Shown: one piece after another, positions 63,004-64,000 of the stretch
Position numbering within the stretch: the first letter of the stretch is position 1
How the letters are laid out: every line of letters begins with the position of its first letter
NCBI RefSeq assembly: GCF_036588685.1
Contig: NC_086384.1
Coordinates: 992,001-1,056,000, forward strand
Direction of reading: 5' to 3'
Source: Mytilus trossulus
Lineage: Eukaryota
Length of the DNA: 64,000 nucleotides
Notes under the pieces: generated by a model
The model's input: the letters and a program-made list of their open reading frames with translations, nothing else
What the model was told of the DNA's origin: nothing
Database searches by the model: none
Translations under genes and position numbers: made by a program

Positions 63004-64000
63004 ATGTTTATACTACAGCATCTACCAATAGTATGTCTTGTTTTAAGCGGACATTTATGTGTCGTTATTAGTTTGTGTAGTTCCAAGCTTGGTAAGTTCT
63101 ATGTGTCCTGGAAATCTTTTATAGTTTTTTGCTAAGGTAATAATGTGTCATGAGGAGCCAATGTCGCTGTCGTGAACAGCTCGTGTACCTTTTATATTGG
63201 TAATTTAAATGAGTCGTTTACAGCTCATGTACTATTAAGCTCGGTAGGTTATATGAGTCGTGATCAACTCATGTAGTGGAACATATGGTTGGACTGCATT
63301 AAAGGTTTAAAGTATTGCGTTTTTGGAATATGATAAGCTTTATATTTATAGTTGATTTAGGTCTATTATTTTCTTCTTGTTAGATTTTTTAAAAAGCAAG
63401 TGAAATTGGATTTTGTATCTATGAACTGCAAAAGATAAGATGAAGTAAATCAAAAGAAATTAATAATTTTAAGCTTGCATCATATAATGAAATTTACTTT
63501 TGAAAGCGAGATCAACGATTGACAGTTCTGATTTTTAAACCTTTGTATCTATTTTTGTAGAAAACTCATTGTTTGATGACCTTATTGGAAGGATGTTAAA
63601 GCTGAAAGGGACAGGTATAAATGATTTAGTTCATACATTTTGTTCTTGTTCTCCTCTCCTTGTCTTTTTCCATAGTGGTTCTGATATGTCATACTCATAT
63701 ATCAAAGACATATTCTGATTTTCATAATCTCTATTTCACGTATGTCTATAAAAATGTAATTGAATATTCAAAATGATGCTGATTGCTATTAACAAAGAAG
63801 TTGCATATCATTTGAAAAAATAAAAGATTGTTGGTACAGAGTAAAAAAGCAGAATTTATGTTTATTGGAAAAGGAAATCAGACGAATGTATTGTTATGAT
63901 AAGGCAACTTTGTACATAGAAATCAGTATTGTGTTGTTATCTTATTTCAGGGCATGTAGGACAAGGAAACGCATCGATACAAAAAGATACACCTGGCTTC
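63004..64000 (+). CDS. C1q-domain-containing protein 2, 3'-partial; join(63004-63091, 63561-63614, 63951->64000)
   Basis: Same intron phases and similar exon sizes as gene 1 (88/54 vs 88/51 nt); MFILQHLPIVCLVLSGHLCVVISLCSSKL-ENSLFDDLIGRMLKLKGT-GHVGQGNASIQKDTPGF; TATATAA 62955-62961. Confidence 0.88.

Overview
AT-rich, intron-containing animal genomic DNA with two N gaps. Repeat families, C1q-domain genes and Gly/Tyr-rich secreted protein genes suggest a bivalve, probably a Mytilus-like mussel (inference). Host genes: three paralogous + strand genes for secreted Gly/Tyr-rich structural proteins (CDS 6881-7732, 15974-16930, 36639-38189) that share a 3-exon layout, and a tandem C1qDC cluster (pseudogene fragment near 40.8 kb, intact gene 47940-49204, a second gene starting at 63004 and running off the window). 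Mobile DNA: (1) a full-length 8.27-kb tyrosine-recombinase retrotransposon on the - strand (25949-34221; PAT/DIRS type, split direct repeats, gag, RT-RNaseH-methyltransferase, YR). Each of its ORFs begins at a splice acceptor and its gag is split by frame-compatible GT-AG introns, so it appears to express all three proteins by alternative splicing; this is the most unusual system in the window. (2) An 8.0-kb TTAA-flanked Sola3-like DNA transposon (54897-62908) inserted in the promoter of the second C1qDC gene. (3) A retrozyme with two minimal type I hammerhead ribozymes 373 nt apart, plus scattered decayed copies. (4) Helentron-type non-autonomous elements, MITEs and a LINE fragment. There is also a 91-copy 50-bp satellite (43051-47606). 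All splice models were read by eye and are untested.
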